A stretch of 64,000 nt of DNA from assembly GCA_963675755.2 (NCBI GenBank), contig CAXXMD010000002.1, positions 672,001 to 736,000 of the forward strand, given 5' to 3'. This DNA is from a bacterium (GTDB taxonomy: Bacteria > Zhuqueibacterota > Zhuqueibacteria > Residuimicrobiales > Krinioviventaceae). Both the position numbers and the translations under genes were made by a program. Position 1 is the stretch's first letter. The number at the start of each line of letters is the position of its first letter. Below are positions 61,577 through 64,000 of this stretch, one piece after another. The notes below the pieces were generated by a model that made no database searches, was not told the origin of the DNA, and saw nothing but the letters and a program-made list of their open reading frames with translations.

Positions 61577-62710
61577 CTAGGATATCACAGAGTTTAAAGA
61601 TTCATAAGGCAAGTCAAATGCTTCAGCCACACTTTCATAAGTGATCTTGCCATCAATTATATTAATACCTGGTGCCAACTCTTCATTGTCCCTTAATGCC
61701 TTCAAAAATTCATTCTTGGGTAATTTTGATTTTTCAGCAATTTCAATGGCATATGGCAATGTTGCATTTGTTAAACCAATGGTTGAAGTCATTGGCACAG
61801 CTCCTGGCATATTCGCAACAGCATAGTGTATAACACCATCAATTACATATGTAGGATCCTGGTGAGTTGTTGGATGTATTGTTTCAACACATCCACCCTG
61901 GTCTACTGCAACATCAACAATTACAGTTCCAGGTCGCATAATCTTTAACATGTCTTTGGTGATTAAATTAGGAGCCTTGGCACCTGCAATCAAGACGGCT
62001 CCAATTACCAGATCAGCTGTACTAATTGATTCACGTACAGTATATGGACTTGATTTGATTGTGGTTACATTTTTGGGCATTACATCATCAAGATAGCGCA
62101 TACGGTCCAGATCAATATCAAGAATTGTAACATTTGCACCCATTCCGGCTGCCATTTTTGCTGCATTGGTACCAACAATACCACCACCTAAAATAACAAC
62201 ATGAGCAGGACGAACACCGGGTATACCACCTAATAAAATACCTCTTCCACCAAAATATTTTTCAAGATACTTGGCGCCTTCCTGAACAGCCATACGTCCG
62301 GCAACTTCACTCATGGGAATTAACAGAGGTAATGTACCATCCTCTTTTTCGACAGTTTCATAAGCAATACATGTAGCTTTGCTTTTAATCATTGCATCAG
62401 TCAATTCACGAGATGCTGCAAAATGAAAATAAGTAAATAATACTTGTCCCTCTCTGATCAAATCATATTCGGGTTTTAAAGGTTCCTTAACTTTCATGAT
62501 CATTTCAGAGCGATCAAAAATTTCTTTCGGGGTGTCTACAATTTCGGCACCAGCACTAATGTACACATCATCGGAAAAACCGCTTTCCACACCACCGTTC
62601 TTTTCAACAAGAACTTTGTGACCCTTTTGTACTAGGATTTCCACACCGGCAGGAACCAACGCTATACGATTTTCGTTGGTTTTAATTTCCTTTGGTACAC
62701 CGATAATCAT
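61577..62710 (-). CDS. ald: alanine dehydrogenase
   Basis: IGVPKEIK.NENR, KVKEP, PMSEVAGR, GGGIVG, DVAVDQGGC, VANMPGAVP. Confidence 0.96.
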   Translation of the reverse strand: MIIGVPKEIKTNENRIALVPAGVEILVQKGHKVLVEKNGGVESGFSDDVYISAGAEIVDTPKEIFDRSEMIMKVKEPLKPEYDLIREGQVLFTYFHFAASRELTDAMIKSKATCIAYETVEKEDGTLPLLIPMSEVAGRMAVQEGAKYLEKYFGGRGILLGGIPGVRPAHVVILGGGIVGTNAAKMAAGMGANVTILDIDLDRMRYLDDVMPKNVTTIKSSPYTVRESISTADLVIGAVLIAGAKAPNLITKDMLKIMRPGTVIVDVAVDQGGCVETIHPTTHQDPTYVIDGVIHYAVANMPGAVPMTSTIGLTNATLPYAIEIAEKSKLPKNEFLKALRDNEELAPGINIIDGKITYESVAEAFDLPYESLNSVIS

Positions 62711-62726
62711 ACTGACCTCCAATATG

Positions 62727-63986
62727 TTAACATGGCGTTAACATGGTTAAAGTAAAGTTAGACTCGGTAAACACCTGATTTGCTAAATCTGTCAAATCAT
62801 TTGGAGTTACGGCGTCAATTTTTTGAATTATAGTTTCAATTGAATTATGATGCCCACTATATATTTCATTCTCCCCTATTTTTCTCATACGTCGGCCGCT
62901 GCTTTCAAGACCAAGTATTAAATTGCCTTTTACATGAGACTTGATTTTATCAAGTTCGATATTACTGATTGGCTTTTTAAGAATTTTGTTAAACTCGCTT
63001 TTAACCAATTCAATGGATTGATCAATTTTGTCCTGAGCACAAGCCATATATACACCAAAAACTCCGGTATCGCGCATAATATCTGTAAAGCTGTATACAT
63101 TATAAGCGAAACCATATTTTTCACGTATATTTTGAAACAAGCGTGAACTCATTCCACCACCCAACAATATATCCAGCAATACTAGTGGATATTTTCTATC
63201 GTCATTATAACCAAATGTACGAACTCCCAAACATAAATGTCCCTGTTGTACGGTATCCAATTTAATATCATTAAATTTTACATTTGGAGATTCAATATAA
63301 GCTGGGAAATTTGTAAATTCAGAAAAAACAGCTTTTTCAAAATACTTTTTCACCAAATCTACAAATTGCTCATGTTCTACATTTCCCGCTGCTGCAACAA
63401 CAATTTTACTTGTTGTATATTGAGCATGCAAATAATTTCTCAATTCTTGTGAATCAAAACGAGATACATTTTCCTGTGAACCATATATAAAATAACCCAG
63501 GGGATGATCAGAGTATAAATCCTGATAAAAGTTATCCAATAATAACTCTTCAGGGTCTTCTAACGCATGGTTAATTTCTGCTAGAATAACCTGGCTTTCC
63601 AGTTTTATATCTTTGCTGTCCATCTTGGGATTAATTATAATATCGGAGAGAATATCTACTGCAATTTCCGTGTGTTCATCAAGAGAATGTGCTGTATATA
63701 GACTTATCTCTTTACCGGTTGAGCCATTCAAGCCGCCACCTACAGCTTCCAGACTTGAGGCAATTTCCCGGGCACTACGTGTATGCGTTCCTTTAAAGAG
63801 CATGTGCTCTAAAAAATGTGAGATACCGTTATTCTGCAACGTTTCGTTGCACGAGCCCACATTCACCCATACACCCATTGAAACCGAACGTACAAATGGC
63901 ATTCGCTCAGTTACGACGCGAATGCCATTATCAAGAACAGTTCGATTTACTGTATTGTTGAAATCAACATTTTCTAATACTGACAT
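62727..63986 (-). CDS. M16 family zinc peptidase
   Basis: LDNGIRV, GISHFLEHMLFKGT (HxxEH), LGGGMSSRLFQNIREKYG. Confidence 0.92.
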   Translation of the reverse strand: MSVLENVDFNNTVNRTVLDNGIRVVTERMPFVRSVSMGVWVNVGSCNETLQNNGISHFLEHMLFKGTHTRSAREIASSLEAVGGGLNGSTGKEISLYTAHSLDEHTEIAVDILSDIIINPKMDSKDIKLESQVILAEINHALEDPEELLLDNFYQDLYSDHPLGYFIYGSQENVSRFDSQELRNYLHAQYTTSKIVVAAAGNVEHEQFVDLVKKYFEKAVFSEFTNFPAYIESPNVKFNDIKLDTVQQGHLCLGVRTFGYNDDRKYPLVLLDILLGGGMSSRLFQNIREKYGFAYNVYSFTDIMRDTGVFGVYMACAQDKIDQSIELVKSEFNKILKKPISNIELDKIKSHVKGNLILGLESSGRRMRKIGENEIYSGHHNSIETIIQKIDAVTPNDLTDLANQVFTESNFTLTMLTPC

Positions 63987-64000
63987 ATAATATTTTATAT

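Noticed and set aside
1-64000. CRISPR array, rRNA, integron attC array or prophage genes
   Set aside because: No regularly spaced direct repeats, rRNA-like sequence, cassette array or phage hallmark proteins were seen.

Overview
AT-rich bacterial chromosome segment, probably from an FCB-superphylum relative such as KSB1 or Calditrichota. This is inferred from GWxTD, PorV-family, TonB-receptor and T9SS/FlgD-Ig-type C-terminal-domain genes together with clear Shine-Dalgarno sites. It carries housekeeping genes (tdh-kbl, ispG, leuS, sucCD, ald, amgK/murU-like peptidoglycan recycling), two tRNA-Pro genes, a large cluster of exported glycan/redox enzymes, and a GWxTD-TonB receptor-CTD protein-PorV cassette preceded by two LacI-type operators. 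The most notable feature is a 1872-bp element (50385-52256). It has 20-bp imperfect terminal inverted repeats, an apparent TTA target duplication and structured ends, and encodes only two paralogous DUF1670-like proteins with no recognisable transposase motif. It is a candidate undescribed insertion-sequence type. Several genes, including essential leuS, carry single-base homopolymer indels, so the assembly probably has sequencing errors. All family assignments are from motif recognition by eye; no database searches were run.
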